A stretch of 64,000 nt of DNA from Amphiscolops sp. MND2022 (Eukaryota): positions 20,958,001-21,022,000 of the forward strand of contig OZ076409.1 of the NCBI GenBank assembly GCA_964187785.1. Direction: 5' to 3'. The notes under the pieces were generated by a model. That model ran no database searches, was not told where the DNA came from, and saw only the letters and a list, made by a program, of their open reading frames with translations. Each line of letters opens with the position of its first letter. The stretch's first letter is position 1. Below are positions 61,901-64,000 of this stretch, one piece after another. The translations under genes were made by a program, and so were the position numbers.

Positions 61901-63189
61901 GATTTCCTATGCCCCAGCAAATCGCCGATTTGACTCTGGCCGAAGTGGAGGACTTCGTGGCCGTTATGGCTTCCGTCCTGGCCCCAATCTTCGGTGCGGT
62001 CGGTGTGTGCCGGTATCCCACCAAACCACTGGCGAGAGCAGTGCAGGTGCACATGGTCTCCTTCTGCACCTATCTCCAAGGCCGCCCCCCACTGACCTAT
62101 CAGCGCATCGTGCAGGCCGTATTGAGTGGCGAGGTGCCGCATGGGTATACCACCTTGAAGTCGGAGAAACAGCTGGAAGAGAACTTGATGGGTCTGTTGC
62201 GTGCCCGCACACGAAAGGCGTGCCCTTTGACACGAGAATACGGCCAAGTCAACTGGTACTCCGCGCCTCTCAGCCTGAATGGAGTCCCCTTTAGATTCCC
62301 TTGGTCGCAGGAGTTTATACGCAAAGTGATCCGTGCCAGCACTAGTGCTGGTCCACCAATAGATCCCCTGTACGCCTTCAAGTGCATCACCTTCCCAAAT
62401 CACTACTGGAAGGAGCCACTGGGATGGCCCAGAGCAAAACCCGTTGGTCGCGCCCCTGAAGCCTTCAATCGCCAAATCCAGTATGTTGAATTGGCTCAGA
62501 TCCCAAATTGGATTGAAGGAGCAGCTCAGACTCGTCAGAGGAACCTGCAAAGACGCGTGACTCCGTTCCCTAGAAGAGCTGCCTGGAGACCGCAGGCCAA
62601 GATGACGATGTCAGGGGATATGTCCATCGTCCAGCACGATGAGATCAATTCCGTGCTAGGCCCCGAAGCCCGCGCAGAGTGGGAAGGACATTGCTTGGAG
62701 CTGGAGAATGCCAGCTTCCCAAAATGGAAGCGAGCTTGCGAGCTCTGGAGTCAGCCTGGCTGGGTCTCCAAACGAATATCCTTGGCCGTGGAGAGTAGAG
62801 CTGAACTCGAGAGACAACAGGCGTTCGCGCCTGCCATGCTGGCACCCACAATGGCCATGTCATTAAGTCAGCCCATCGACCGGCCCGTGACTCTGGATTT
62901 GCCTACCCATGTTCTACAGCCAGAGCCTGTGAGTCCACCATCGACACAGGCCAGTCCTCAGTCATCGCAACCCCAAACCGGAGAACACGCCGCTGAACTG
63001 ACCCCTAACACTATCCTGGTGCAGCCGATCGCCGATTTAGCGCTCCCAGAAGACCTATCAGACTCGGAAACAGTAGTTACTGTGGTTCCTGCTCAACGTA
63101 GAGCGTCAGTTGCGTCGGAAGATGCCAGCAATCCAGGAACTCCCGATGATGCCATAAAGAATCGAGCTCGACGCAGCTCAGCCCAATAA
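58916..63189 (+). CDS. Large accessory ORF (~1,420 aa when one -1 shift at ~61320 is corrected) with a degenerate SGNH-like domain
   Basis: The 809-aa and 652-aa ORFs overlap and join as ...PVGMK/AAVEATNLK. Motifs CVAVDS, VLTMPLSR, VVFTNLID, LFTSPP, DLRP. AATAAA overlaps the stop. Confidence 0.75.
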
Positions 63190-63945
63190 ACCCTGCCGCC
63201 AATGGGAGCGTTCGCGCTCCCTATAGACTCTAAACTCCGCCGAAACTGTGCCTTCAAACTTATCGCTTTAACCGGTGCTACCCGTACATGGTGCAATTTT
63301 TTGTTCATAGTTATTACTTAGTTAATGTATTGTTAGTAATGCGCTGGGAGTACGGCCAATAGAGTGCGCCTGCCCCAGCTGCTTCGCCTACAAAAGTAAA
63401 CAAGAATCTATTACCAAAGAGAAACTGCTATTTTTGTTGCGCGCCGTTCGCGGTGTTTTTGAGTTGCCATAGCCAAGAAAAAGTCTTAGCCTTTTAGTTA
63501 CGGTTTTTGCTGTTTTTCCTTGTGTTTTGGTGTTCAAGCATCTTCTATCGACTGTCTAAGGAGTAGCCGAAGCGGCGCCCTCCCAAAAGAAGTTTTACGT
63601 TGCCCGAAATTGACCGAAAACTGTAAATGTCAAGTTGCATAAAAAAAGGAGATTTTAGCTGACCTTGGTCGCAAAAGAATTTTTAGCGAAAACTGCTTGC
63701 CCAAACGAGTTTTAACCGACTGAAAACCTTAGCTCTCGAGCTGGTGCTAAAACCTCGTTTGCATTTTTGTAAAAAATACTAGGCAGTAAAATTTTCCTTG
63801 AAAAAAACCGCGAAATTTGCCAAAAATAGTTGCTGAAAAACAAGGACTCGTCCTTGTCCCCTGTGGTGTGGATGATGGTTCCCAGCAGTCACTGCGATGC
63901 CGTTTCCAGACGAGGCCAGATGCCGCTTGCCAGGAACGACAAGCC

Positions 63946-64000
63946 AGAAGCCCGGGGAGTGATGTAACGGCAACTGCCCATGTCAAAATTTTCGAAGCAA
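63946..64000 (+). repeat. PPT and start of the Gypsy 3' LTR (from 63963)
   Basis: AGAAGCCCGGGGAGTGA followed by 38 nt identical to the 5' LTR start. Confidence 0.9.

Larger units (their letters stand above)
45773..64000 (+). mobile_element. Giant Ty3/Gypsy LTR retrotransposon (3' LTR cut by the window edge)
   Basis: 45773-45810 is identical to 63963-64000. PBS, PPT, Gag, PR-RT-RH-IN order and extra ORFs are present. Confidence 0.95.

Noticed and set aside
49023..62863. Many minus-strand and alternate-frame ORFs overlapping the Gypsy genes
   Set aside because: Expected shadows of GC-richer coding sequence; no recognisable motifs.
58916..63189. env gene
   Set aside because: No signal peptide, fusion-peptide pattern or clear C-terminal transmembrane anchor.

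Overview
AT-rich, intron-containing animal (metazoan-type) genomic DNA dominated by transposable elements; no prokaryotic features. Host genes: two phase-1 LDL-receptor class A exons ending in a GPI-signal-like tail (+, 11533-15046) and a spliced, atypical small P-loop GTPase-like gene (-, 44932-34386). Mobile elements: (1) a decayed Tc1/mariner transposon (19797-32989) interrupted by a BEL/Pao LTR retrotransposon (20950-32637) that has a 4.65-kb internal tandem duplication and an SGNH/GDSL-esterase ORF after integrase; (2) an unusually large (~18.9 kb predicted), apparently young Ty3/Gypsy element (45773 to the window end) with a probable Gag-Pol polyprotein carrying a duplicated protease fold, an AT-hook, two TARG1-like macrodomains, and a separate ~1,420-aa non-env ORF with a degenerate SGNH fold and its own splice acceptor; (3) Helentron-like non-autonomous repeats, Merlin- and piggyBac-like MITEs and long foldbacks. 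The best candidate for something undescribed is the accessory cargo of the two LTR elements. All domain calls are by-eye motif recognition, not database searches.
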